Notes: generated by a model not told the origin, from the sequence alone. DNA of 64,000 nt from Marsupella aquatica (GCA_973895155.1 OZ316891.1:14291037-14355036), one strand, 5' to 3'. Numbered from the stretch's first letter, positions 25,436-37,435 are shown. Translations and numbers: made by a program.

Positions 25436-26103
25436 TTGGTGTCATGCTACAAATGCCAAAGTCATGGAATGATTCAACTGGAGAAATCCCTGGAGAAGTT
25501 CTGAGGGAGCAGCAGGTGTTGGTGGCGCTCCTCTTGCTTTCAAGGCTGCTTTGCTTCTCTCGCTTCATATGGGATTCTCTCACTCCAAAACATTCCTCAT
25601 TTTTTGGCATACTATGTCTACTGTGAGTCCAATCGAAAGCATGCATAAGGAATGAGCTGTCCTGGTCATTTCTTTCCCATTTGCAAAAATTGAACTTCAG
25701 TTGTCACTGACCTGGTTTACAACTTCACATGTTCATGTCCCGAGCCAGGTAGGAAAGAGATGGACGTACAAGGTGAAGTTGTGCAAACATCAGGAATGTA
25801 TGCTCTGTTCCTGCAATTCCAGGACCTGCAAAAGTAATTCGCATTGCATTAGTTTCAATGTACAGTTCAAAATCCTGAACCACTTCAATTCAATGAAGAG
25901 TTGAATTCTTCACTCACCCCTCCCGTTCCAGCTCTTTGGCCCTTCTCCTATCCATAGCCGAAGACTCCCAGGTTCAGACATGTTGTCTTAAGGCACCCTG
26001 ATGATTTTGTGATGGAGCAAGAACGGTGGTGTGTTTTGTCTCTTTTGTTCCTGTTTTGATTTGTACCGGAAATCGATCACAACGTCAGTTCTGAGTTCTG
26101 AAA

Positions 26104-27120
26104 GTGGCGGGACTGCGGAAGGCATTTGCAAGGAGTCTCATTCTTTGTTTTTCACTTTTGACATGCTTGTTGGTGGCGATGGCAGAGCAGGCTGAGAATG
26201 CTCGTATTGATGTTGCAGCAGACTTTGAGGTTGTCATAGACATAGAGTCATTGGCTGCAAGCACTGAGAATGAGATTCAGGCAAACAGTAAGGTGGAGCT
26301 GAATGCTGAGATGGACCCCAAAGTTGAGATGGATGCACTGGCTTGTGCATTTGAAAAGACAAGAGGCACTTTCGAGGGCATCTATGCTCTGTTGATTCCT
26401 GAAAAATTTAGCCCTGGCCGATTTGACATATTGAAGAAACAATTTGTCCAATGCGGAGGTTCTGTGTGTTACTGGATCAGTCCAATCACTACACATGTGA
26501 TTGCCAAGAATTGACATACTGTTTTGGCAAAATATGATTGGGGAAGTGTGGACTTTTATCACTCAAGTGGGAGAATCAAGTTTGTGAGCTTTGATTGGAT
26601 ATCGTCAAGCCTTTGTGTGGGGAAAGCAGTATCGATCGAGGATTTTGATTTGTCACTTCTAGATAGCCTGACTGAGTTCTCTCCGTCACCAATTCCAGGC
26701 AAGAGAGCCTTGGGGGGTTGACTATCAAAAATCTTAGGGACCATGTGCGATCCAAAATAGGTATTTTTGGCAGATTTTAACTAAATTTTTAAAAAGCGTA
26801 GGAGGCAAAATAAGGTGTTATAAACTCATGTTTATAGAATATTCTTTAATATATAGTTTTTATAAAGTAAAATAGGTTATTAATATTGGAAATAGAGAAT
26901 ATTTTTGGAATATTTTCTTTATAAAATAGGTCTATTTATATTAGGCTAGGATCGCATGTGGTACCCCAAAATATACACTTAGTTAACCCCCCGAGAAGAG
27001 AGCCAAGAGGATCTCTGTCCTATTGCCTAAAGGAAAGCCTGTCACCAATCTGATGAACCAATTTGTAGGAGATAGGTCAGAGTAGAAGTTTACAGATTCA
27101 CTTTCGATCTCACTTGTAAC
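26104..27120 (+). pseudogene. BRCT-domain ORF resembling the DNA polymerase lambda N-terminus; one in-frame stop, MITE-interrupted
   Basis: GTFEGIYALLI...RFDILKKQFVQCGGSV...TTHVIA...VSFDWISSSL.VGK (BRCT F.G, GG, THV, W..S); ORFs 26104 and 26524 share a frame. Confidence 0.65.
26709..26995. mobile_element. 287-bp MITE with 8-bp TSD AAGAGAGC
   Basis: TIR CTTGGGGGGTTGACTA / TAGTTAACCCCCCGAG, AT-rich core; removal restores PIPGKRAKRIS. Confidence 0.85.
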
Positions 27121-27845
27121 TTGGTGCGTTTGCACATTCAGAAGGAAATAAAGTTGTCGACTATGTGTTCTGATCGAGCATTGTCTTGATAAATTGTTGC
27201 TACATGCTGCAAACTGTGGACTGCTGCATTTGTACAGTTTCGAATGTACACTACCTACCAAGCCAACACTGCGCCAACACTACGATGCGCCAACTTTGAA
27301 AGTATGAGCCAACTTTGCACACAATGTTAAAGCTGCACTAAACTCGAACATAGCGCCTCCCTTGAACATAGTGCCCAGGCATTGTGTTAATCTGACACTG
27401 TGTTCGAATAAAAACTACTTTTTGCTTTTAGGGCCCCAAAAAAGTCAAATTCAAACACAACGCCCGGGCGCTGTGTTCGGGGGAAGACGGTAGTTGGAGT
27501 GTTTTAGTTGTTGAGGCTTTAGATGCATTGAAATTGTGATTTTAAGGCTCAACTGGCTAGGCGTACATGGTAATCTGATGGCCTTAGGCCTGGAAGTCAA
27601 CTGGCTCAGTATGGATGATATATGATCTGATGGCCTTGGGCCTGGAAGTTGACAAGACTCCATCCTGTAACTCAAGAAATTCAAAAGTTACCTTCCCATC
27701 TCAAGTAGTCGACAAACTGACAACCTTGTCAAGTCAAGTTTGAAAATGTCAAGTCAGGTTTGGAAAATGCCAAGTACGTTCAGCTTGAAAATTTCTGAAG
27801 CAGCGTTATGAGAGAGTGATCATGTGGGTCAATTGAAAACAGTGT

Positions 27846-27984
27846 ACCATTGGTGGTCTGGCCTTGACGAGACATTTTGGTACACTCCATAGCAGTTTAG
27901 TCAGTCCATGGTGCCACATGCCAAGCATAACCATTGGTGGTCTGGCCTTGACGAGACATTTTGGTACACTCCATAGCAGTTTAG
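27846..27984 (+). repeat. 55-bp direct duplication
   Basis: ACCATTGGTGGTCTGGCCTTGACGAGACATTTTGGTACACTCCATAGCAGTTTAG occurs twice. Confidence 0.9.
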
Positions 27985-30521
27985 GCCCAACTCGCATGTG
28001 AAGGGTCCCAAGAAATGAGACCCTAAACTTCCATAATGTCAGGATATGTATGAACGCGAATTTCATGCAGCATCCCCCTCCAACGCCAATCCTCATGCCA
28101 ATTTTCCTGGGGTCCCAAGGGCAAGGGCCGGAAAGTTTCCGACCCTTGCAGGTCGCGACCTTACATTCCCTAATAAAAAAAATGATTTAGTACACATGTC
28201 AGTCACTGAGGAAAGCAGCATATACAGTGTGTCTCTTCAGTTTCTGGTAGTCACCCTGCAAAGTAGGCCTGCATTCGATCATGCCTGGGAATGGTAGTGG
28301 AGTCAGGCACTTCGAAGCTCTCTTTGAAGTGCTCTCTTGGTATTGCTACCGACCTTGCATCTCACAGAGTGATTGCGCCCCAAAGAGCAATCAAAATTTG
28401 TTTGCGACAACATTGAAATCTTTTGCTCCAGTAGTCTGCGATCAGCACGAGGGATCTCGACTCACAAGGCTAGCTACTGACACTGTTTTTGTCCTTACCA
28501 GGTACTTCTTGAATATACATGACAGCCTGAATGCCGATCTGCAAATTGCAATTTCTCAAGTGTTGGAAGAACTAGTTCACAACGAGACTTCAGTTTAGGC
28601 TATCAACTCAGTCACCCATTTCTAGTGCTTTGCCAAAATGCCACGGATGACTACGGTCATGACTGTCTGTCTACTCAGCCACAGACTCCATCATTGCTGC
28701 CCAATTAAACCTCCATATTCTCAATTTCTGATTACTTCAATCTTTAAGCTCGAGTTCAAAGTCGGGTGTTTCGACCCTTACCATGCACTCCTTCGCATAA
28801 CGTTCCGCTTTTTTGCTGGAGCACCTATGTAATGAAGGAGAGTAGAGGCAAATATATGTTTGTGAGCATCGATGATGAGACCGGGATACATTTACTCGAA
28901 ATTGCTGCATCGATGATGAGACCAGGAGACATTCAGCCGAAATTGCACTGTGAGCAAGGTCGCAAGCTGGCAAGGAGGAAAGAGGACCAAGAGCTCACTC
29001 AGCTGTGGTTCCGTCGCTGTTATCCTAAGGCTTGCTGTCACCGATCTCTTATCGCTCGGGGTCATCATTATTCCTCCTTCGTCGTTCTTGCACCCAGCCA
29101 CCGCCTTTTCTGCTTTTCTTCTTATCCGTGCCTCTGGGAAGCGAATAATCTTTTCGTGCCACGTACAGTAGATTTTGCAACAATCTCCTCCTTTTGTTTA
29201 TGCATTGGAGATCGCTTTTTCAATTAAAGATGCGACTAGGTGACAGAATGCAATCATGATGGGCAAAACCTTGGGGCACTCGTTTGTTCCCGCGGAGCTC
29301 ACGCTGAACAAAATGTTGGGTTTTGGCTATGTTGTGCCCCTTTTTTGTTGTCATGTCTGTCTATTAACTATCTCTGCGAGAGAGTCTCTGGCAAAATGCA
29401 GAAATGCTTCTTCAGAATGATCACCGAGCAACATTCCAGCAACATTCCTGTCTTGTCGTGAGCCCAAGATGCAAGAACCACTCCTGTAGCCATCCTTTGC
29501 GGGATGTTAAGGACCTTTCGATGCTTTGTATTGTTTCATTAGAATTGATGTTTTGATGCTTTGCAAGCAGACAATTCCACCTTTACCCTTAGATGCGGGA
29601 GCCGCTGTGGTGCGTCCCATGGCTCCCTAAACCCAAGAAACCCCCCAGCTCAAGCCGATTCTCGCAGGTTTTGCGCTTGGCAAGGCCGTTTCCGCGGCTT
29701 AGCGGCATGGGACGCTGCTAACCTCCTTCTACTATTACTATTAGCCTTTTACACACATATACTGGACAGATCCTTCATCGGGTCATGAGATACGTAGCCG
29801 GCCTAATCTAGGCCTTCCCTTGTCTTCCTCTCCTTCTGGTTAGGTATGTTTGGATTCCGCCGCCGGAATGATCCCCAATAGGCTTGGTTAAGCCGCTAAG
29901 ACCTCTCTCAGCTCGACACATCCAACTCTCACTCCCTTGCTTACTTTCCTTCCTTCTGGTTGATGTGGGCACTCTTCACACAAGTTAATGCGACACACAA
30001 ATAGCAAAATGACTCCTTCTGACTGAGTCATACCATGCACTTGCCATACAAACAGTACATCTCATACACAAGCTCTGCGAACTAAGCCGTGAGGCCAACT
30101 CTATTCAGCTCTTAGGCATGAGGAAACATGAATATACACAAGGTCACGGTATGACTAACCAAGAGCTTCTCTTACTACTTGATCCCAGCCCGGCTGGTGC
30201 AAACTAAAAACTTGCTAAAGAAGAGGCCCTGAGCTCCCCACTGCCTAGGTACTTATCCTGGTAGTGGATCCACCTAATTCTTTGCAGTGTAAGCCTAACC
30301 TACCTAACAGTAATCTACCTGCCCGAATCTACCTATGTACAGCAAGGCAGGAGCACAAGTGTTGCTCCTACCAGTGGAACCGCAATCCCACTAAGCTAAG
30401 TGTCAGGGCCGCTCCTGGTCCTGATCCTAATCCTAAACTTGGAGATCAGCGCCCGCCCTGCCCACTCACGCCTCCTACCTCCACGTCTGGCCTTCCTAAA
30501 AGGAACGGCGCCATTGCACCG

Positions 30522-33500
30522 TCACGACACCGGTGGTGGATCCTCAATAGACGCCCCCAATGCTTCCTCCGCAACCACTGCCGTTGGTCCGTCCTCTGAC
30601 AGATTACCTGCCTCTGACCGAGTCAACTTTTCATCGGCCTGACTGGGCCCACCCTCGGCTTCGGCATCGGCTCGGGAATCATTCTCGGCTACGGCCTCAG
30701 CCTCGGCTTCAGCCATTGTCTCCCCGGCCTGCTCAAGAGGTGGATCTGGGATACCGACCTCATTACTGAGTAGTTCGGCTTGGGCCGTGCCATCCCCACC
30801 TTTGGTGATAGCGGAATCTATTGCCATGTTCATGCCGGAGGTTGGTGCCGGTTTGAGTACGGCTCGAGAGGTCGAATAACCTCCGGACCCCGAAGGTTTC
30901 CGCTTCTTCTTCTTCACTATCTCCACAGCCTGTTCCTTCCCTTTGCCGCCAATGTCCGGCACCGGGCCGTGTGTCACGGCTGGTCCTTCGGTAATTACCA
31001 CCCCTGGTAACTGGTTTGCCCCAATGGGAGATGGACCTGATGCAGCTAAGCATTTAAATACTGCGGCTTGTTTCTTCAGCCGCTCAGTTTGGTTGTCGGC
31101 CCGCCGCTGGAGGTTCTCCATCTTCCTCGTGATTTCCTCCAACTCCTCCTGGGTCTCATCCAGGTCCTTCCGTGCCTTCTCCAGCTTGTTTTTGGCTTCC
31201 TCCAATTCCCTGTGGGCTTCCTCCAATTCCTTCTTGGTGGTAGCCCTCTCCTCCTAGGTTGCTCTTAGCTCCTTGTCGAGCTCCGCTACGACCTCAGACT
31301 CCATGTTTTTCATCTTGGCATAAGTCTGGTCGAGCTGGGCGTCCTTCTCACGCAGGTCGGCCTTGAAGCTGGCCGTCAGGGACGCAAGCTCCTGCTGTAG
31401 CGCAATAATCCCTTGATAGGATTTCCCTAACTCGGCCTCCTTCTGCTCAAGGGCTCTGAGGATGACCTCGAGCTCTCCCTTCAGCGCCCTCTCCCTTCTC
31501 TGAGTCTCCGTCGTGACCCGGTTGTTGACTGCTATATGGGCCTCCTCTGCGTTTCTCAGCTCCTTCTTCCATTTCTCCCTGTCCTTGATTGCGTCGGCCA
31601 ATTCTCCCTGGGTCTGAGTCAATTTATCCTTGATAATCTGATTATCAGCCTGCGCTTTGTCCAACTGCCCCTGCATGATGTTCAGCTCATGCCGCTTAAT
31701 CTGCAGTTCATCTTGGGCTTTCTTGGCCGCCCTTAGATCTTCAATCTCGGCTTCCATCCTCCTAAGCCGCCGGATGACCTCGTCCTTCTTGCTTCTCTCT
31801 AAAGCCACCGCTTCTTCTAATTGGTGCTTCTCCAACTGCTCCCTATGGAAAAAGGGTCCTACCTCCAACTCCTCCCCAAAGATGCCGAGCGCAAGTTCCC
31901 CACACATCTCACCATACTCCATGGCTCTATTCTTAGCGTAGGTGGAATAAGTAGAAGTGATCGGCATCGCCCATCGCGGCCTCTGCTCCCAAGCCGTCTT
32001 GCGGATCTCTTCAATCGTGGCTAGAGGTTTGCTTCCTTTTTCGGCTAGCCGCCTGATGTCCTCCGACCAATCTCCTCCTGGAAAATCCTTTTCCCTAGCC
32101 AGGGCTGCCTCCTCTTCCTGCCTGATTCGCTCCTGAAATTCCTGCGCCGTCTGTTTTATGCCATCAAAGCTCGGGGGAGCAACATCTGGTGGGGGAGACT
32201 CAGGGCTACTCTGCTGGTTGGGGTCCCCTCGTACTACCCTTGGAAGTGTGGGGATAAACCGGCCACAGGTCCTTACTCCTGGAACGTGATGGTCCGACCC
32301 ATAGCCGGAGTTATCATGGCTGCAGTCCTCCACTGCCTCCTCTACTTCTTGGACTTTTGGCTTCTCCCTCTCTTCTTCGTCGGTAGGAGCTTCAGGCAAT
32401 TCTGCCTCAGATTCAGAGCTTGAGACTCCCACGTACATTCGAACACCCGGCTTGGATTCTGGCCTGATTCTGCTTAGGTTGACCTCTGGGGCAATGTCCT
32501 GTATTGGTGCTGCTGCCGAAGCCGGGTCCAGTGCCGGCTTTTCCTTCTCCAGCATTTTCAGCAGATTCTGTATGCTTGGTTGCTGCATCGGCAAGTCTTC
32601 CTTCCTTGGCCTGAACACCTGCTCGATTGTAGGACTGTCAGGTGGTTGAGGCTTCTCTGCTACCGGCCTCGGTGCTGGAGCTTCCTTGGGTGCCCTTACC
32701 TGCAGGGGAAGTACTGGGGCAAAGGTCTGACCTCTGGCATACCGGCACAACAGCGGCATGTGATAGCCAAGCCGCGACACGCTCCCCATGCCGATTACCT
32801 GCTGCTCCTCCTTTAAGATCTTCTTCAATTGGTTGAGGAGGTACCCATTGTAGTCCCGGCTTGGGTCTGGCCTCTCTGCCAGATAGACCTGTGCCTTGCC
32901 AATCTCTGCCCTCGGCAAGTTACAATGCATGGTCACCCACAAGAAGTCGATCATCTCTCCTATGTGCGGGTTGGTGCAGGTGTTCCGGAAGAAGCCATTC
33001 TTCGTTCATGGCCCGGGGAACGACCGAAACTCCTTGTCAGGCAAGGTCTTCCTGGTATCAACTTTGGTCTTATTGCCTATCGGCAAGCCAAACACTTTGG
33101 CAATCACCTTGGGAGTAAGATAGAAATCCTTCCCATATATCCTCGTGCAATTGGTCTTGGGTTCCCATGACCCCACGAATTCTAATAGGTCTGAATCCGG
33201 TACCTCCGACTTCAGCCATGGTAATCTTACAAAGGCCTCTAAGCCGGATCCGGCCATGAAGCCTTGGTACTTCTTGGTCTGCATGGCCGTAAAGCATGCA
33301 TCCTCCTCCCGTGCAAAATATAGTTGCACCTCCGCTGGTAGGGTTGCCGCCCAGCCTTTCCAGGTGTCATCCCTGGTTGGAATGGCATTAATGGGATCGA
33401 CCTCCTCCTCTTCGGCTTCTCCCTGCCTCCTGCTTTGTTGCTCGGCTGGCTTCTTTGGTGCCGCCGACCTCATTCTTTTTGCCGGGGTGGCTTCATCGTT

Positions 33501-33731
33501 GACGGCTCCGTTCCTCTTCATCTCGGCTGCCGTGGAGGTTTCTCCTAGCACTGTTGCCTGGGTCCACCTTTCCGTGCTACCCTTCAATTCCCAGTGTATG
33601 TCATTGCAATTCTTGATGGCCTCTCGAATGCTGATGATTCTGTCTTCGCAAAACAGAAGATCGTCGAGCTGATTGGAAGTAGGAGTCCACAAGAACTCGG
33701 CCTTGATGAGTTCGTCTCCTAAGAAAGCCAT
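30522..33731 (-). pseudogene. ~1069-aa antisense ORF (plant-transposon/PMD-like N-terminus, acidic linker, long coiled coil); two in-frame stops
   Basis: ORFs 33006-33731, 31254-32954 and 30522-31226 are all one frame, broken only by TGA 33006 and TAG 31254; GLEAFV..W...LLEFV..W......IYGKDFYLTPKVIAKVFGLP resembles Ty3 extra-ORF proteins. Confidence 0.75.
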
Positions 33732-34590
33732 CTTCTACAGCTCCCACAATCGAGCGAGCTCCTGTCATTCTCGAGCTGCCCTTTCTGATTCTTCGTCCTC
33801 GTAAGTCTTGATGTACTCAGTTGCCCGTTCGAACAGACATCCCCAGAAATGTGCCGCTTGATTGACGTTGCTCATACCCTCCTTAGGTCGATCGTCGGTA
33901 TCTACTCTCTCCCCGAGTGCTTGCCTAAGCAGCTGACAGTAGTTGGCCTCCCATAGTCGTCTGCCTATTTTATGCTCGCAAATGAGCCACCATCTCCTGC
34001 AAGTGCTCCTTACCCCTCTCCTCTTCCGGTCCTTTCTCCCGTTGATCCTTCCTAGCCGCCGATGCTTAGCGCGCCCTAACCCTAATCTTGTTTTCACCCC
34101 CAGCGTCCTTACCTCCGGCCTCGGCCCGGGTTCCATAGTCGCCCCTAATTGTTTATATTTTCCTTGTTTTGTCCCTATACTAAGGTGTTTCTAGGGTGCA
34201 CTCCTGCTTTACCCACTTAACTGGCTGAGTGATTCCTGGCTAGGCATCACAGCCGCCAGCTTCTAAGTCGCAAAAATGTGTCGAATATCACTTCTAAGTC
34301 ACAAAAATGTTTGTTGCACTTTCGGAGGCTGCACAATCAGCGATTTCGGAGCTTGCACAATCATGGCTGAACGAAAATTGAATTCCAATGGCTTAGCTAA
34401 GAGCAATACACCCCATAGAGCTATGGACTACCGTCCTGAATCTGCCCTCCAGCTAGATAGGGACCTCCTTGCACAATTTTTGGCCCCTGCTTCTCCCTCT
34501 TTGTCTTTTCATTTGTCTATAATGTCTCTGTCCTCCTCGTCCCTTTGATTTATTGGGGGTCAGATTCGTTTCAGGGGCAGGGACAACGCA

Positions 34591-34872
34591 ATGGCTTCCG
34601 GACATGACTTGGACGACCTTGCAAATGCATATTTGGGGAAGATACAGCAGGCCAAGGATCACTTCACACACCTGGAGTCGATGTTTGTGGAGCAGCTTTG
34701 GCCTGCTGTGCAAGCACAGATGTCAAGCTCCAAAAACCTAGGTCGTGAGGCCCTCCATCTCAAGCAAGAGAACGACAGGTTGAAAGGAGAATACCGCAAG
34801 GTCCGTGGGGAAAACACGGCTTTAGAAACCATGCAATCTGAGGTTGTTCAGATTTTGCAAAGGAGAGCATAG
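34591..34872 (+). CDS. 93-aa coiled-coil ORF within the putative LTR
   Basis: Clean ATG-stop ORF with heptad pattern LKQENDRLKGEYRKVRGENTALE. Confidence 0.45.
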   Translation: MASGHDLDDLANAYLGKIQQAKDHFTHLESMFVEQLWPAVQAQMSSSKNLGREALHLKQENDRLKGEYRKVRGENTALETMQSEVVQILQRRA

Positions 34873-34994
34873 GTGAATTTCCTATGTTCAAGAAATTTCC
34901 TATGTTCAAGAAATTTCCTATGTTCAAGAAGCTCTCCTTTGATATGGTACAAAGGAAATTGACAACCGTAGGTGAATTTCCTATGTTCAAGAAG
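34872..34994 (+). repeat. 18-bp repeats AATTTCCTATGTTCAAGA (4 copies)
   Basis: Three tandem copies plus one spaced copy. Confidence 0.9.
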
Positions 34995-35002
34995 CTTGTA
35001 CC

Positions 35003-35194
35003 GTGATTATGAATTACAAGATGGACCTCAATAGAGTTCCTAGGCCTAATTTTAGTATAGATTGTAATGTTCGGGTGATATGTCGCCAAAAAACTGAGTT
35101 TCGAGCCTTCATCATCAGAAACTTTGGGGAGTCGGCATATACCATGATCATTTCATCCCCGATTCCATTCGTTGTTCCCATGACAATTGAATGA
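35003..35194 (+). CDS. LTR-encoded micro-ORF homologous to 13525-13770
   Basis: DLNRVP...VRVICRQK...RNFGESAY...PIP; lies ~100 bp before the LTR end. Confidence 0.6.
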   Translation: MIMNYKMDLNRVPRPNFSIDCNVRVICRQKTEFRAFIIRNFGESAYTMIISSPIPFVVPMTIE

Positions 35195-35302
35195 TTTCGG
35201 GTAATGATCGTAGTGTTTTATTAGCATGTCGTAGCGCATTGTTCTTCCGACAGACAGAAGCCCGGGCTTTCCCGACATCGCCCACAAACTTCACGACATA
35301 TT

Positions 35303-35320
35303 TGGTGAACTCGACGTGAA
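35303..35320 (+). other. Primer-binding site complementary to the tRNA-Trp 3' end
   Basis: TGGTGAACTCGACGTGAA vs expected plant tRNA-Trp PBS TGGTGAACCCGACGTGAA (1 mismatch), 4 nt after ...CACGACA. Confidence 0.8.
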
Positions 35321-35353
35321 AGATTCGGGGCTGGAGAACCTGCGCACTGTAAA

Positions 35354-37435
35354 ATGACAAACGAGGAAGGAGAAGGAGGACCGTCAATGATGTTTGATGC
35401 ATCAACCATGCAAATGCTTCACGCCTTCAACCTGTACATGAAGGGGCAACAAGCGGTGGAGAAGGAGGCGTTGGCAACCAAAGCACTACAAGCTATCGTC
35501 AACAAAAATGATCAATTCGATGGGCGGAATGTTTCAAAGTACCTGCGTTTCTATACTCGCGAGATGGAGTTAAGCAAAGTACCTGAAAGTGGGATGATTG
35601 CAAGCTTTGAGCTTGCCGTCTTGCCAGAGCTTCGTGAGCAAATCAAGAAGCTGATGGAGAGGCATGGAGAAACCTGGGAGACATTCTCTAGAGCCTTGAA
35701 GGATGAATATTTCATGGAGGATTCAGAGCGAGTCACAAAACGATCCTTTCTAGAATGGGTGACGTGCCCGCAGAAGGGGCTTTTAGCCAACGAACTACTC
35801 AGAGAATTTGATAGACAAGTTTCACAATTGTCTAGAACTGAAAAGCTGACTTTGGAGGCGGAGAAAACCGAGTTATTTCTCCAAGCTGCCGATGCTACAT
35901 TACAAGAGATGTTGGAGCCATTGTTGGAAGACACGACTGAAGAGCGAGGATTGAAGACCAGTTGGAAAGATGTGGAGGAAGCAGTGTCACTCCTAACAAA
36001 GAGGCAGCGGAGGAGAGATAAGATCATGATAAGCAAGAAATCTCCTACTAGACGTTTGGGAGAACCTCGGGTGGAGCCAATACCAAAGTCTACAATTGCA
36101 GCAAGATCAAGTGAGGAGTCAAACATAGAGGAGTTGGTGAAAGGAATGAGGGAGTTGCGCATCAAACTAACAAGATTAGAGGAGAAGGGTCAATCATCGG
36201 AAGCCAAACCTGTACATCGGGAAGGGTTTGTCTCACGATGCATGTGGTGCGATAGCACAGACCATGCTCGAAGTGCTTGTGAAGATTTTAAAGATGCAAT
36301 GAGAAATAATGTGGTCTTCTTCAAAGAAGGGAGAATATGCTCAAAGGAAACTGGTCTCCCGATAAAGACCAACTTTGGTCGAGGAGGAATGAAGAAAGTT
36401 TTGGATGAGATGGCGGCGGCAAATGCAGCGGCATCTGTTGAAGCGGCAGTCTATGGTGCAAAGGTGGAACCTGCAAGACATGAGTGTAAGCAAGCCCAAA
36501 TGACATGCAACAATGTACCAGGAGAAGCAAGCGAGCTATGGCCTTTTGCTAAGAGGTATATGGACAAGGGAAAAATGTCCTTAGAATCTCTATCTCAGGC
36601 TGGCCAAACCATTCAAAAAATCACAGGTTGGAATGATCCAGTTGACTCCTTCTCGGTGCATGCGTATATTGCCCAAAGTCAACATGAGGCATTAGTAGAA
36701 GACAAGCGGAGGAGAACCGAGGCCAATGAAGGACCATCCAAGCGACCGGCAAGGGAGGAAAGAGTGCATGCTGATTCAACTCCACCTCGAGAGGAAATGA
36801 TGGATGAAGCGTCTTCCATGAAGGGGAGGAGAAATCAGTCAAAAGAGAAGGGGAAAGGGCCAACATACAAATTGCAATCCGACATTGAGCTAGCTACAGA
36901 TCTGAAGAAAGTGCTGGAGGAGAGGATTCTCAATGGCAAAGTGGAGTTCACATTGGGCGAAGTGTTGGGTATTGCGAAACGAGAGTTTCATGAAGTCATC
37001 ATTGATATCATCAAAAGAAAGCGTCAGAGTTTGGTTGAACCAGAAGCTACGAGCATACAAGGAATCATGGGAGAAGGAGACGAGAATGTGGCTCTATGTT
37101 ATCAATCATCTAGAGTGCGATTTGCTGATGAGGAGGAGCAAGTGGCTCGAAAGAGTCACTATTTGCGTAATCATTGGGCTAGAGCCACTACGGAAACCTT
37201 GGTGCACATCGGACACTTGGAAGAACCTGTTGTGGCATTGGTGGATTCAGGGTCAGAAATTAACCTCATGTCCAAGGAATTGTTTGACAGAGGGGATTGG
37301 CCTGTCGACAAGGAGCATGGATGGTTGATGAGAGCATCAAACAATTCTAAAGGTAGCTTATGGGGAGCCTGCCCCAATGTTAACATCACGATAGGAGATA
37401 GTGGCAGGACTCATCCTTTCTCGACCCTTGTCTAG
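35354..37435 (+). CDS. Gag (CCHC knuckle) - aspartic protease polyprotein, truncated at ~37398
   Basis: FDGRNVSKYL gag N-terminus, CMWCDSTDHARSAC zinc knuckle, ALVDSGSEINLM protease; homology ends abruptly after NITIGD. Confidence 0.88.
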   Translation: MTNEEGEGGPSMMFDASTMQMLHAFNLYMKGQQAVEKEALATKALQAIVNKNDQFDGRNVSKYLRFYTREMELSKVPESGMIASFELAVLPELREQIKKLMERHGETWETFSRALKDEYFMEDSERVTKRSFLEWVTCPQKGLLANELLREFDRQVSQLSRTEKLTLEAEKTELFLQAADATLQEMLEPLLEDTTEERGLKTSWKDVEEAVSLLTKRQRRRDKIMISKKSPTRRLGEPRVEPIPKSTIAARSSEESNIEELVKGMRELRIKLTRLEEKGQSSEAKPVHREGFVSRCMWCDSTDHARSACEDFKDAMRNNVVFFKEGRICSKETGLPIKTNFGRGGMKKVLDEMAAANAAASVEAAVYGAKVEPARHECKQAQMTCNNVPGEASELWPFAKRYMDKGKMSLESLSQAGQTIQKITGWNDPVDSFSVHAYIAQSQHEALVEDKRRRTEANEGPSKRPAREERVHADSTPPREEMMDEASSMKGRRNQSKEKGKGPTYKLQSDIELATDLKKVLEERILNGKVEFTLGEVLGIAKREFHEVIIDIIKRKRQSLVEPEATSIQGIMGEGDENVALCYQSSRVRFADEEEQVARKSHYLRNHWARATTETLVHIGHLEEPVVALVDSGSEINLMSKELFDRGDWPVDKEHGWLMRASNNSKGSLWGACPNVNITIGDSGRTHPFSTLV

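Larger units (their letters stand above)
21932..27490 (-). mobile_element. Full-length pogo/Tigger-type (Tc1/mariner superfamily) DNA transposon, 5559 bp
   Basis: ~30-bp TIRs C(T/C)GTCTTCCCCCGAACACAGC(A/G)CCCGGGCG, TA TSD (21930-31, 27491-92), internal pogo transposase. Confidence 0.92.
29454..37398 (+). mobile_element. 3'-truncated Ty3/Gypsy LTR retrotransposon (putative 5.8-kb 5' LTR, PBS-Trp, gag-protease)
   Basis: TGTCGTGA at 29454 and TCACGACA at 35298 are perfect 8-bp inverted ends, followed by PBS and gag. Confidence 0.65.

Noticed and set aside
33145-33672. 175-aa plus-strand ORF
   Set aside because: Shadow of the long antisense ORF.
35551-36165. 204-aa minus-strand ORF
   Set aside because: Antisense shadow of the gag ORF.
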